Assembly: GCA_002104905.1 (NCBI GenBank)
Contig: MCFE01000508.1
Span: forward strand, 1-64,000
Source of the DNA: Basidiobolus meristosporus CBS 931.73
Lineage: Eukaryota > Fungi > Basidiobolomycota
Direction of reading: 5' to 3'
DNA: 64,000 nucleotides
The translations under genes and the position numbers were made by a program. A model generated the notes under the pieces. That model saw nothing but the letters and a program-made list of their open reading frames with translations, was not told the origin of the DNA and did not search any database. This document shows, piece by piece, positions 24,073 through 38,630 of the stretch. The number at the start of each line of letters is the position of its first letter. The first letter of the stretch is position 1.

Positions 24073-27000
24073 TTGTACTTGAATGGAGTAATCAATGGAG
24101 TACCTGCCAAGATCATGATTGACTCAGGAGCATCGCATGAGTACATGTCAGAGCAATTTGCTTTGAAAGCTGGAATCAACTTGGAACCTACCAAATCAAC
24201 TTCAGTCTCCACAGCTGATGGGAACTCCCACATAATCAACTGTATTACCCAGCCAGTAAGAATGAAGATCAATGACTATGAAGAAGACCTACAGGCTTAT
24301 ATATTTGGGAACTGCAAATTTGACCTTGTACTTGGAGAAACCTGGCTATTTTGTTGTAATCCATCAATCAACTGGAGAACCCATGCAACTCAGATCCAAA
24401 AGACAACAAGACCTATGAGCTATTACCTGCCAGGCTGGATTTCAACTTGGTCAATTCCAGTGTGTGTGAGACAAGTGAACTTAGCAAGACCCAGTACTGT
24501 AGAGCACTTAGAAAAGGTACCCAGATGTTCCCCATGGCTGTATTACAGGAGGATTCTGCGGCCCCAGCACCCCAGCAGGTCCAGACTCTCTTGAAGAAAT
24601 ATATGGACGTGTTTCCAGATAAGCTTGTAAGCCTACCACCAGTCAGAGACATGGATCATGCCATTGACACAGGTGATAGCCCTCCAGTGAGCAAGACACC
24701 TTATAGAATGAGTCCATTGGAATTGGAGGAAATGAAGTGACAAATTGATCAGCTATTGGAGCAAGGATACATCAGGCCCAGCAAGTCCCTCTGGGGAGCA
24801 CCAGTGCTTTTTGTGAAAAAGAAGGATGGAACACTTAGGATGTGCATTGACTACAGAGCCCTGAACTCAGTTACCGTCAAGAATAAGTACACCATACCTT
24901 GGACTGATGAGCTTTTGGACCAACTTAATGGAGCCACTATTTTCAGCAAGATTGACCTCATGTCAGGATACAACCAGATTAGGGTGAAACCAGAAGATAT
25001 CCCTAAGACAGCATTCAGGACCAGATATGGACATTACAAGTACTTAGTCATGAGTTTTGGCCTCACTAATGCCCCTGCTACATTCATGATGCTGATGCAG
25101 ACTGTCTTTCAGGAGTACTTAAACAAGTTTGTTATAATCTACCTAGATGATATACTGTTATACAGCAAGACAGAAGAGGATCACTTGGCGCACATTGAAA
25201 AGGTCTTGAAGAAGCTAAGAGAGAACAAGCTTTATGCAAGCTTGCCAAGTGTGAATTCTTCAAGGAACATGTAGAATACCTGGGACACAAAGTGACTATC
25301 ACAGGAGTAACCTTAGACCCAAAGAAGGTAGAAGTAATCAAGAATCTGAAACAGCCCCATAGCATATCAGAGCTCAGATCATTCCTTGGAATGGTTTCCT
25401 ATAATCAGAGATTTGTCAAGTCTTTTGAAAGTATTGCAGCCCCTTTAACTGATATCCTCAAGAAAGACAATACCTACAAGTGGGACATAGCTTGTGAGAC
25501 TGCCTTCCAGACACTCAAGAATGAACTTGCTAAGCTGCCAAGCTTAAGAATACCAGACTTCAGAAAAGAGTTCACTCTGTGCATAGATGCTTCAGATTAT
25601 GCAATTGGTGGAGTGCTGAGCCAAGAACACAAGGGAAAGGACTACCCAGTTGCCTTTGAATCCAAAAAAAACTGAACTCAGCAGAACAAAACTATCCAGT
25701 CCATGAGAAGGAGATGTTTGCTATAATACACTGTTTGAAGACATGGAGATGCTATATTGAAGGAGTCAAATGCACTGTGAAGACTGATCATGCCTCCCTC
25801 AAGTATACATTTACTCAGAAGGTACTCTCTAGAAGAATGACAAGAGGGAGTGAATACATTCAGCAATTTGACCTGGAGACTGTCTACTGCCCTGGAAAAA
25901 ACAACACGCTTGCTGACGCCTTATCAAGAATGGATCAAGTTGCACAACTCAACTTGGTGCATGAATCAGATTGGCCTAGCCTATTACCAAAGTACTTGGA
26001 GAACCAAGCCATTCCTAATGAGGTGGATGAAGATATCAAGAAGATAATCCAGGATGAAGCCAGCAAATTTGTAGTACAGGATGAAACACTCTACCAAATT
26101 GTTGATGGAAGCCCTATTGCCTATTGTCCTTATGTTGCTCACCTGGATTTAATACGTAAACTACACAATGGATATGGATATCCTGGGATTGAAGGAACCT
26201 ATAGCCTTGTGAAAGCCAGAGCATGGTGGCCCAGAATGATACAAGATATTGAGAAGCTAGTGAAAACATGCCCAAACTGCCAAATCAATCAAGGCCAGCC
26301 ACAAAGAATTGCCAAACTCTTTCCTTTTGAGCCTGTAAGACCATTTGAGAGATGGGGAATTGACTTTATTGGAAGACTGCCAACTACCAGGAAATGCAAC
26401 TGTTGGATCCTAGTAGCAATTGACCATGCCACTAAATGGCCAGTTGCTAAAGCTGTACCAATAGCCAGTGAACAAGAAGTTGCAAGTTTCATTTACCATG
26501 AGATCCTGATGAACTTTGGATGCCCCATGGAGATCTTATCCAATAGAGGTGCAAACTTTATGGCAAAGATATTAGAGGCTCACCTGGAAATGCAGCAGAT
26601 CAGACACTTGAAAACCTTGGCATATCACCCCAGAACTAATGGAGTCACTGAGTGGTTTAATGGATTATTTGGAAAAATGCTCACCAAGTATGCAAATGGA
26701 GTTGTTGGTAGATGGGATGAGTATATAGACCAAGCACTCTTTGCATGCGGAGTCAGAGTACACAACACCACCCAGCAATCACCATTTTACTTAGTGTATG
26801 GATGTGAAACAAGGATTCCAGGAGATCTCACACAACCCAAGCTTACAGATGCCTTAGAAGATGAACTTAGTCAGCCAAGTAGACACCAGCAACTGGAACA
26901 AAGACGTCAAGAGACACAGACCAAAATATCTGAAAGTGCAGAAAAGATGAAGCAGAGATTTGATAAGACTATAGCACCAGAAGCATTGACAGTTGGGAAC

Positions 27001-27228
27001 TTTGTATTGCTAAGAAACAACACTTGGAAGAAGTTTGAGCCACAATGGACAGGACCATTCAAGATCATCAGAGAATGTCCATTTGCAACTTACCAACTGG
27101 TGGACAAACAAGGCAATATCTGGGAAGACTTAGTGCATAGGGACAGACTCAAGCTTGCTGATAATACTGAACCATCAAGATATTGGTATCACAAGAAAAG
27201 AGATTCAGGAGAACCCTCTCAACTTTAG
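24073..27228 (+). pseudogene. pol: Gypsy D Pol (protease IDSGAS, RT YLDD, RNase H, integrase), frameshifted
   Basis: ORFs 24073-24594, 24756-25274, 25292-25675, 25714-27228 (WGIDF, YHPRTNGVTE). Confidence 0.94.
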
Positions 27229-27238
27229 TAGGGGAGAA
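27227..27238 (+). other. Polypurine tract of gypsy D
   Basis: AGTAGGGGAGAA before the LTR. Confidence 0.8.
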
Positions 27239-27606
27239 TATTATGATCTGCCGCTTGAATGTTTAAGTTAGATCAGTTTTTAGTCAAATCAATTAGTATA
27301 TGTTTAGGTTATCAGTATATCAGTATTATCTATGAAATCAGTAGCATTAGTCAGCAAATGAATCAGCAGATCCTTATCAGACAGAAATAGATATATTAAG
27401 TAGGATCTTATTGGGTGATGATGATGCAATTGAATGAGTCATCAGCCACAACCTACATTAGGAAATACAATCAGTCAGCAATTGATCTGGCAAAATGAAT
27501 ATAAGGAGCTGCTGGAACTTCAAGAAATATCAGTTCAATTTTTAATGAATACAATACTAGCTAAACTCCCTGTTCCTCTACAACTCTTTTACCAAGACTT
27601 GTAACA

Positions 27607-30290
27607 TTGGTAGCAGCAATGACCAAAAACCTCCCTACTGAAGAAAGAAGAAGCCTCCCTCAAGATGCCCAAAAATCAAGAATGGAAGAATGCTATGCAA
27701 CAAATCTTGGCCCTGCAGCAACAAGGAATGACTACCTTGGCCCAGAGCAAGCAAAACCCTGTCAAGAGCAATTTCAGTGCTAAGGTCAACGGGTGCCATG
27801 GTAGAGTCAATGAAATCCTGGAAACTTGGCTTTTCCAGATTGAAGAAGCCTTTAAGGCTAAGAGAATTGCTCCAGAAAGCAAGTTACATTATGCAGCTTC
27901 TTACCTGGCAGGTGCAGCTGAAGTAAGGATATATCAGACCCAGCAAGTCACCTTGGGGAGCACCAGTACTATTTGTGAAGAAGAAGGATGGAACACTTAG
28001 AATGTGCATTGACTACAAAGCCCTCAGCTCAGTCACTGTGAATAACAAGTACCCCATACCTTAGATGGATGAGCTTTTGGACTGACTCAATGGAGCCATT
28101 ATACCCAGCATGGATGACCTCATGCCAGGATACAACCAGATTAGGGTGAAGCCAGAAGACATCCCTAAGACAGCATTCAGGACCAGATATGGACATTACA
28201 AGTACTTTGTCATGAGTATTGGCCTCACCAATGCCCCTGCAACATTCATGACCCTGATGCAGACTGTCATCCAGGAGTACTAAGACAAGTTTGTGATAAT
28301 TTGCGTAGATGATATATTGATATATAGCAAGACAGAAGAGGATCACTTGGTGCACAATGAAAAGGTCTTGAAGACGCTAAGAGAGAACAAGCTCTATGGC
28401 AAGCTACCTAAGTGTGAATTTTTCAAGGAACACATTGAATATCTGGGATACATAGTGACTGGCACAAGAGTAGCCATAGACTCCAAGAAGGTTGAAGTTA
28501 TCAAGAATATGAATCAGCCCCATTGTATAGCAGCACTTTGATCATTCCTTGGAATGATCTCCTATTATCAGAGATCTGTCAAGTCCTTTGCAAGTATTGC
28601 AGCCCCTTTAACTGATATCCTCAAGAAAAACAATACCTACAAGCTGGACATAGCATGTGAGACTGCCTGTCAGATGCTCAAGAAAGAACCTGCTCAGCTA
28701 CCAAGCTTAAGAGTCCCAGACTTCAGAAAATAGTTTACTGCAGGCTCAGATGCTTCAGACTATGCAATTGGTGGAGTGCTGAGCCAAGAACATGAGGGAA
28801 AAGACTAACCAGTTGCCTTTGTATCCAAGAAACCAAACTCAGCAGATCAAAACTATCCAATGCATGAGAAAAAGATGCATGCTATAATAAACTGCTTGAA
28901 GACCTGTAGATTCTATATTGAAGGAGTCAAATGCTCTATAAAGACTGATCATGCCTCCCTCAAGTATATATTTACTCTGAAGGTTTTCTTTAGAAAAATG
29001 ACAAGATGGATTGAATACATTAAGAAATTTGATATGAAGATTGTCTGCTGCCCTGGGAAAAACAACACTGTTGCTGATGCCTTGTCAAGATTAGAACAAG
29101 TTGCACAACTCAACTTGGTGCATGAGTCATATTGGCTTAGCCTATTACCAAAGTACTTGGAGGACCAATCCATCCCCAATAAGGTGGAAGCAGAGATCAA
29201 AAAGATAATCCAGGATGAAGCCAGCAAATTTGTGGAACAGGATGAAACACTCTACCAAATTGTTGATGGAAGCCCTATTGCCTATTGCCCTTATGTTTCT
29301 TGCCTGGATTTAATACTCAAGCTACAAAATGGATATGAACATCTTGGGACTGAAAGAACCTATAGCCTTGTGAAAGCCAGAGCATAGTGGCCCCAAATGA
29401 AACAAGATATTGAGAAGCTAGTGAAAACCTGCCCAAACTGCCAAATCAATCAACACCAGCTACAAAGAATTGCCATACTTTTTCCCTTGGAGCCAGTAAG
29501 ACCACTTGAAAGACGTGGGATTGACTTTATTGGAAGACAGCTAAGACCAGGAAAAGCAACTGTTGGATCCTAGTAGCAATTAACCATGCCACCAAATGGC
29601 CAGTTGCTAATGCTGTACCTATAGCCAGTGAGCAAAAAGTTTCAAATTTCATCTACCATGCAATCCTTATGAAGTTTGGATGCCCTGTAGAGATTCTAAC
29701 ACATAGAGGAGCAAACTTGATGGCAATGACACAAGAAGCTTACCTGGAAATGCAGCACATCAGACACCTGAAACCTTGGCATATCATCATAGAGCTGATG
29801 GAGTCACTGAGCAGTTTAATTGATATTTGAGAAAATCCTGACCAAGTATGCAAATAGAGCTGTCAGTAGATGGGATGAGTATATAGATAAAGCACTTTTT
29901 GCATGCAGAGTTAGAGTATACAACACTACTAAGCAATCATCATTTTACTTTGTGTATGAATACTTAGACAACTCAATTAGTTTTATGGTTTGCCTATCAG
30001 TACATCAGCGCTATCTATCAAATCAGTATTGTTAGTCAGTAAATGAATAAGTGGATCCTTATCAGACAGAAATAGATATATTAAGTAGGACCTTGTTTGG
30101 TGATGACAATGCAATCAAATTAGTCATCAGCCACAACCTACATCAGGAAATACAATAAGTCAGCAATTGATCTGGCAAAATGTATATAAGGAGCTGCTAG
30201 GACCTCATAAAAATCAGTCCAAGTTTTAGTCAATACAATACTAGCTAAACTCCCTATTCCTCTACAACTCTTATGCCAAGACTTATCACA
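27607..30290 (+). mobile_element. Second tandem gypsy D unit sharing the 27239-27606 LTR; internally deleted; third LTR ~29964-30290 lacks its first ~40 bp
   Basis: PBS at 27608, gag start, jump to RT at ~27925, RH/IN remnants, LTR ending CTTATCACA. Confidence 0.92.
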
Positions 30291-30830
30291 TTATTAAATG
30301 AGATTAATAGAGGAGCCATGGCTCAAACCAGTAGCTCCTCCAAGGCAATGATAAGCAGGCACAAAAGCCTCAAACAAGCAGCAAAGGAACATTAGTTAGC
30401 CAGAAGTGTGCCAATAAGGAAGAAGTAGGCAAAAACTGATGCACTAGCAGAGCATCCACTCAGGATGAAGCATAGTTGCATTCAAGAAGCACTTAATCAA
30501 TGCTGCAGTGAAGGAACTGGCAGTGATAGACTGGAGGCTTCTATAGGTGCCTATCCTGGTCTAGGCTCAAAGCTCAGACAAGCAGTATAGATACATCAGG
30601 TTGACAGACCAGTGCTGGTAGGGAATAAACAGACAGAAAAGGATACACCAGTGCAGTATTCCTTGATGAGCAAGTATAATTCAATCCAGGAAGTAATCAG
30701 TCTAAGTGGTAATGAAAGAAATGGCAGTGATGAAGGAAAAGATGAAGGGAAAAGTCTAGCCATGCCAGAGAAAGGGAAGTGTGGGCAAAAAGTGGCAGAT
30801 TCCTTCAATTTGGATCTCACAAGTAGTCTA
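30291..30830 (+). pseudogene. Fragment of the tnp2-element accessory gene
   Basis: Homologous to ~47720-48400 and ~53980-54390. Confidence 0.6.
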
Positions 30831-33800
30831 CCATAATGCTAGTAGCTTGTAGTCAATGACCCTATGTACACTCTTATGATGGGATTGTGATAGTGCTTTG
30901 CTAATTTTACTGCCAAATAGAGGTAAGTACTCGACAGTGTTTAAGCAATCTTTTGACAAGATTAGCATGGCATTCCAATAGTCTTGATGCACTATATTAT
31001 TGAGTTGACCTAACCGTCCGGTATATCCCATTATACAATATTGCAACAAACTTGACAGTGTTTTCAATGCCCTCATAGCAAACCTCTGCTGGCATAATGA
31101 AGGCAGTATGGTGGCCTACATCTAGTTGTCTAAATGTTACTGTACCAATTTACAAATGCCATTTTCTTTCTCTACCACCTTTTGCTCCATTGATACTGCC
31201 ACTATGGTTCACTCCTCTTTATTTGCTTATCCATTACAACCTTGGGTATTCTACATGTAGTTCAAATCAAAGCACACTATGGCCCTTGCAAACTATTGTC
31301 TACATGCATACACACCTGCTACTAACCAAACACTTCTGTCACCTCAACTTTTAAGCTTTTCAGAGTGGTACTTGCAAAGCTGCCATGTATGTTGTACTGC
31401 TGGTAGAGTATACATTGTACAAACATATGCTTGGTTGCTGCCACTTATGCAATGAGTACCCCTGAGCATCCTTAACAAACATCTTGGCATTTGGCCAGTG
31501 TGTTCCTTTCCCAGCTTGATTCTAGTCCCTCTTGTAGGTGTGTTCTGGCTCTTGTTTGTGTGAATTTCATATTGAATGGTGTGGAAGCTGTCATGTTACC
31601 AAGAGAAACACAAAACACTTTGATAAGTTGTGCCAACAGAAATTAGCAGATTGTTGCGCCCAACCTATCTTTGCATTACTAAGGTGATTACCCATGCATT
31701 GGGGCTTCTTAGCTTCCCAGTGCCATAGGCATTGATGTCTCCATGGAGACATCTGTCCTTAGTATTTTTCAACTCTTCCTGGCTGTCCTCCATGTGGTAA
31801 CTCTTTGCCACTCTGACAGACTGGAAGGTAACATTCCTGATGAGATTGGGATATGATGGTAACTACAACTTTACTAGTCTTCCTCTCTCCTTGCACATTT
31901 GCTCCATAGGAATTCCCAGGAGATGAGGCAAGGCCCAGTTTTCTATACACACCCAGCAAGATGGAGTAGAGAATGTGTACAGTAGCAGTAGAGATCTGTG
32001 CATTCAGCTTTATGCCTATAGCTCAGCGGCTTACATTCCATTACAAACTACCTGCGTAATGGCAGTAGATGCATCAAGCTTGCATTGGTGATCTGCTATT
32101 GGATAAGTTTTCCTACAATCTAAGCATTTGGCTCCAAAGGCCTCCAATGTCTATGTACACTATAGCTATTCTAAATGGATCTAAATAACCAGAACATCCT
32201 GCTGCCTTGTATGGCACAAAACTTGACAGTGTTTCAATGGCTTCATTGTGGGTCTCTAATGGCAGTATTACTGTGGTATAGTGGACTACAGCTAGAACTG
32301 TAAAATACCCCTACACCAACTCACCAAATGATATTTCCTTTTTCTACCACCCCTTGTGCAATTCATATATTCCACTGTAGAATCACCCCTCTGTATTGTG
32401 CCACCCAATACTATCTTGGGTATTCCACATATAGCTTGAATCAAAAAATACTATGGCCCCTTGCTTACTTACCTCTTCAGACATGTACACCTGCCACAAT
32501 TGACATACCTCTATAACTTCAACTTTACAGCTTTTTAGTGTAAATACTTGCAAAGTTGCCATATACCTTGGACTACTTGTAACACAAACATCTTGCAAAC
32601 ATACTCTTAGTTGCTGCCACTTCTGCCATGAGTCTCTCTCAAATTTTTCCACAAACTTTTTGATATTTAGCCAATATATTCCTTCTTCCTGCTGGATTCT
32701 GTTCTCCCTTGTAGGTGTGCTCTGGCTCTTGTGTGTGTGAATGGTGTATTGAATGGTGTAGAAACTGACTTATGAACCAGAGAAACCTAGCGTATTTTGG
32801 TAGAGTTTCCTAATAAAAAATAGTTGCTTTTTGCACCCAGCCTAACTGTGTATTACTCAACTGATTACCCATGCATTGGTGCTGCTTATCTTCTTAATCC
32901 CAAGAGCATAGGTATCTCCTTGTAAACATCTGTCCTCAGTATTTGCCAACCCTTCCTGACTGTCCTCTATTTGTGAACTCATTGTATCAATGATGGACTC
33001 AAAGGTAATGTTCCTGATGAGAGAGTGATACAGTAGTACCTGCAGCTTGAATTCTCTTCCTCTCCCCCTACACATCTACTTGATGAGAAACTCCCAAAGT
33101 GTGAAGCATGGCCCAATGCTCTCCACCCACCAAGCAAGATCAAGTAGAGAATGGGTACTGTAAGAGCAGAGATCTATGCAATCAGATTTATGGTTGTAGT
33201 TAAGACGCTCAAGTCCCATCACAATTTCCATGCACAGCAGCTGTAGATGCGCCATGCTGGCACAGGTGATCCACTTCTGGAAAAAAACTCCCAGAGTATC
33301 CACCTATGTAGCTCAATGCTTCCAATGTACTCTTGGTGGAAATGGCTTCAGAATGCCACTTGACTAAATACATATCAAGTTCATCTAGTCTTTGAATTTG
33401 TATTGTTGCATATGTGTATAAACATTGATTGCAGCCCAGGCAAAGTACTTAGGATAACAAATACCTTGGAATATTGTGCCCATACTTTCAAATTTCTCAG
33501 GTATCTCAAATGGTGCATTTAGCTTGTAATGCCCAATGTGCAACTTGGTCATAGGTAGAGGGATATTGTTCAACAGTGAATGCATTGCTTTCAATAGTAA
33601 GCTTTTGCTCCTGCAGATACCTGCTATCTTGAGTATCTCTAGTTTCCATCTGATTTCATATTCTGGCCAATGGCTTACAGCTTGCCTGCATTGCTGCAAT
33701 TGCATGCTGACTTCTGTCCATTCTCTTGGTGGGAGGATGATGTTCTTAGTGCTGGTGTTTGGGTAATAATATTGTGTGTGTGTTATGGAGTGAACACCCT

Positions 33801-34900
33801 GGATCTCAGACACTTGAAAGCAACATTGTCCATTGTGCCAGAATGGCCGGCTATCTTGCTGATGGTAGGGGTATCTCCAATGCAGATAATAATATGCACT
33901 TTAACATGATGGCCATTAACTATTATTCCGCAGGAAAGCATGCAAAATTCATTCAGCAATGGATACAGGTAACTATCTAGGTTGGGCAGGCATTTGTGCC
34001 CAAAGACTAGTGAGACTACCATCAGATTTTTGCTCAGATACCAAAAGATAGACATTGGCATCAGGTCAATGAGAATCAGTGGGAAGCAGGATTTGTTGGT
34101 AGTGCAACTATTAACATATGCTGGTATCAGGAGAGTCTCTGGGTCTAATGTTGCCAGCCACATGATGGTTGTCTACTTGTACCATTTACAAGGAAAGTTG
34201 CATCCCAGACTGATTTTGGCAAGAAGTAATTGTAAATTCTCAAAGCCTCCATGCCTAATATAAATAGAAATTTGCCACTTGTGTAGCATAACATCATGTT
34301 ACTCATCAGAAAATGAGTTACTGGGCTCACTTGGCTCCATAGGGTATCCTTGGAATTTGTTTTAATGGATTTTGTCTCATTGCATACTGTGATTGTACTA
34401 GGCTCATGCAGGGTACAGTTGTTGGGGGAGATAGCTCACAACTCATCAATGAGCCTTCTTTGTCAGAGTCATCACTTTGTCTGCCATATTCAGAAGGCTG
34501 CAGTGAGCCTAAATGTATCACAAACTCACATGAATTGGCTTATGCACAGTGTCAAGTATGGCCAGGTGCCAATATGGAAGCATCAACTGGCTGGCAAGAT
34601 GTAATTGGTACAGTAGTGACTAATAAATGGTCAAATATGAATTGTGTGACAAAACACTAGCCATGATCTGTGTAATGCTTCCAATGCTGTTTGCATGCAT
34701 AATGGCTGAGAGGCTGGCTACTTTGGCCACATGGTCTTTTTTCTCTGCTCTTGCAGCATGGAAACAAAGTAGCTTTTTACATGAGGCAAACAGTTTGCCT
34801 TCAAGCACATGGTACTGTTATATCACTTTTTGGGCAACACTCATGTAAATTTATGCCAGTTTTGTATATAAGACATTGCACCTACATGAATGTAAGATTC
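30830..34900 (-). pseudogene. CACTA/EnSpm-like (tnp2) transposase remnants; C-terminal part duplicated (30830-32200 and 32200-33300)
   Basis: KSCFPLILIDL...PNLDSYLYPLLNE...IGDTPTISKIAGHSG (33783-34163) and HSLLDLAWWVESIGPCFTLWEF (33076-33303) are fungal tnp2-type motifs. Confidence 0.85.
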
Positions 34901-35003
34901 AATGATGGCCCACCATGGTAAGCATTTCAAATAAAGTTGTGTCACCACATATACACTTATACATACTACTATATTGCCTTTGGTTTGACTTGCTGATATA
35001 TAT

Positions 35004-36750
35004 ATGCCACCAAAAAATAAAGCAAAGCTGTCTGATTTGCAACAAAACCCCACTGCTGGTGGTACCAGAAGAACAGTTGGACAACAGCCTGCTTTGACAT
35101 TCAGTGCAACAAGCAGGGCTACATCTGACAAAGGACATATTGACAGTGTGTCTGTGGAAGGTAATAATGGGGACCTCTCAGGCTCTCAGACATCTAGGTC
35201 ATTATGAATCTCTGTAGGGATGCAAGCAGACCATCATGCTAAGGTAGATGAGAATGTTGCAAATGTAATACCTTTGGCTGAAGTCCAGCAAGTTGCTGTT
35301 ATAACAACACCTTTACCTGTATAAGCAAGTATTCTTTCAGCTCTTACTAAGGCATTGTTGAGGCAATTAGATGCAGTGGCTGACAAAATAGACTTAATGG
35401 CTGACGGGATAGATGCAATGACCTAGAGAATCTAGGAAATAGTCAACAAGCATATGAGCAAGTAAAATGTGTAGAGCAATCAATATTGCTGGTAGTAAAC
35501 ACAATCTCTGTGCTGCAAAGAAGGAACCCAGGTAGTGCAAAGCCATAGCCAGGAACTGAGCCATTTCTCAACTTAACAGTACAGGTATAATCTATAGTCT
35601 TTGAAGCACAGCAAGGGTGCCAATAAACAATGCGCACAGAAAAACCTATTGCAGCATGGGATGGAAGCTTGTGGTATTTATAGCCATGCCTGAATGTTAA
35701 AAGACATTAAAGATGCAAGAAGCTTCTGAATGCAATGATATAGGGTGGGCTCATAATCCAGAGGCCTAAGATATCTAGCACACCATCACCTTAAGGCTAG
35801 CATACCATAGGACTATCAGGAACTCAAGGCCAGGTAAAATGCACTTTATCTGTTCCACAAGCATTATCCTGGATTCAAATGAGCAAGCAGATCTTAGGTC
35901 AATATTGATGTGCTAAGAGAATACCAAAATAATAGTAGAAAATATCTAAGGCAGACAAACAAGGGTCCCATAGCTAAAAGTCTGCAGCATACTCAGTACA
36001 AGAAGCACTCAGACAAAGCTGCAGTGAAAGGCCTAGTGGTGATAAAGAAAAAGCAAAAGGAAAAATATTGACCCAAGCCAGAGCCAGGGAAAGATAAGAA
36101 ACAAGCCGTAGTTCTTGCTAATTAGTGCCATAAGCCCAGAACAGGCTGAATCCTATTGTAGCCTAGAGGAATACCAAGAAGACAAAAGTAGCCTTCTCAG
36201 GAAGTGCAGCTAATAGAGCTACACACTAGTGAGGTGGATGAGCTTGCAGAGATGGGCAATTTGTCTACCACAGCCTCCACATCCTTCATTGTAGACATAG
36301 CAGAGATCCCACTGAAGCACAAAGCAACAATGCCAACAACTCAAATGACTACCACAATCCTTAGAGTGGAACTTGGAACATTAATATGCGTACCAAGAGG
36401 TTGCAGCAATTCTTCAAGAGCAGTTCTTAAGAAAACACACTTGAATATTAGAGGGATCTATTGCAATGATTGGTAGATGAGATGCTAGACCTGCAGTGAC
36501 ACCTGACAACCTGGACATGGGAACCAGTGAATGAGAAATGGCATAAAGCCATAGGAATCCCACCAAAGTCATTGAAAAGAGGTATTTTGGCAGGAACACT
36601 TATTGAATGGTGGATTTTAGAAGAGATGCATGTTGAAAGCAAAATTGGGCTTGATGATAGTGCTGTGTATGGGTAGTTATGAAGGTCAGTTCAAGTAGCA
36701 TTCAAGTTACAACTGAGGATTGAAAAGAAATAAACCAGGTCTTATGTATG
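35004..36750 (+). pseudogene. Decayed accessory gene of the tnp2 element, copy 1 (starts MPPKNKAKLS)
   Basis: Divergent from the transposase; homologous to 46805-48870 and 53045-54920. Confidence 0.65.
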
Positions 36751-37009
36751 GAAAGCTAAAGCATTATTTGAGTCAGGAAGTAAAGAGGGTGAAGATGAGG
36801 CAATAGTAACTCATTATTCAAAAGTATACAAGATGATCTAGTGTCTGCAACAAGGAAGTCAGAGAAGTGGAAGAGAAAAAATCAAAAGCCACTTCTGTAT
36901 CTTAATTTAACTTTTGACCCGATGTCTTGTGAAATCTGAGGTACAGTGTTTGTTAGTGGTCTTTGCGTAGTGTCCTCACAGCATCAGTACCTCTTTGTCA
37001 CAGGATTTA

Positions 37010-38630
37010 AATTTCGTGACAGCCTTTGGATATAATCCTCAAAATGAATTCTGATGGTGCCATTCTGGCCTGGTTGAGTCTCTTGCTTTGTAGTACTGGA
37101 GCAATCACTTCTGGGACATTGCAAGGTACTCATTCAGGCTGTGCCATGGTTGTAGAGCTCTTAGGGGTGGAATAGTCATGTTGTTTTGCTCTGATTCAAT
37201 GCTGACCAATAGCATACTTGAGGTTGAATTTAGTCACCAATTAATTTCATTCTTTGTGATAATGATGAACTTTCATCAAGCAATAGATTGCTGAATTTGC
37301 ACAGTCTCCTTGCTCTAGTATTGTAGAGTCTGTATGCCTTAACTTTATTTTAATTGCTCAGAATTAATCATTTTACTCATTTTGACTCATATTTTGACTA
37401 ATTTCTGGCTAATTTTCTGTTATAGTCTAAAGTGCCCTGCACTTAGTTTGCATTCATAGTTTGCCTTAATGGGAGGCATATTGGTAAGTATTGTGCTACA
37501 CATGTTATGTTAATGTACACAGCTGCAGCAACTGTTTACACCCAAAAATCATATATATGCCAAATTGGCTATTGATCTCTCTGCCCATTCTTACAGTCAA
37601 TTTTGCAGTGAGAAGCATGACTCTGTAGTCCCTTGCTTAATGCCATGAGCTTTGGAGAAGTGGAAGAAGAGCTCCTGGTTATATTCACCGCCACAGTTGG
37701 AGCATTTTTGCTTGATTTGCCACCATATCCCTCTCCACCATGACTTTTAACTCCCTGGACTTAAACAGGGTCTCTTCTTTTCTTTCCATGAAGTAGATAT
37801 GGATGTATCCAGGATCATAGTTAAATGTTTATGACTACTGTAGTTCCACAAAGGAAATTTTGCAGAGGTTCACCCAAATCTGAGTGTATTATAATTAACT
37901 TTTCTAAGTTTTGATAAGCGCAGAGCTCTTGAACAGTTATCTGGCTTGATTCCCATACATATAAGCTTTGCAGTGCTCTAAATTAGCTGGGGATCAATTT
38001 TTAATATGGAGATTAGCTAATCTCTGATCATCTTACTCAAATAATCCAAATTGATATGTCCAGATCCCCTGCACCAAAGCTTTAATGTCTCTACATTTTA
38101 GTTACTTGTGTTGGCTCCCAGCTATGATAAAATATAAGGCAATTTATATAGATTCTGATATGTGATACTCAAAGCATTACAGGCATGATCTTGATCAGCA
38201 ATCCTGCATCCAGAATTGTCAAAACTGAAGCGGAATACTTCTGCTGTGGCCTTGCTTACAGATAGTGGGTTTTTGGCTATTGCTGATACATGAAGTACCT
38301 GGTTGAAGGTGAGTGTGTGGCTTCTGCCACCTTTTCTATGGCATACTTCAATATTTACTTCTCCAAATGCATCAAGTTCTATTGTAACACATGAAATCCT
38401 TCTCAATTGAAATTTCTTGATATAGGGCAAAATATTTTTTGTGGTATGTAGATTATTGAGATGTTCCAGATTCAATATACTATATATGCATATCCTTTTT
38501 TGTAGTTATTTTTGGCCCAGATATGAGCTGCCCAACTTCAATTGTTGCAGTATTTCCATATTAGGGCTTTTTCTGCTGACTATCTCTCATTTTGAAGCAC
38601 TAGTCTGATGTTTGCTCTTTCCTTTTGGAG
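37010..38630 (-). pseudogene. Old copia gag/integrase remnant
   Basis: ORF 38122-38475 (VLHVSAIAKNPLSVSK); DNA homology to 62160-63375; decayed zinc knuckle near 38530. Confidence 0.8.

Larger units (their letters stand above)
22648..27606 (+). mobile_element. Near full-length Ty3/gypsy family D element (368-bp LTRs 22648-23015 and 27239-27606)
   Basis: LTR-PBS-gag-PR-RT-RH-IN-PPT-LTR; several frameshifts in pol; no chromodomain. Confidence 0.96.
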
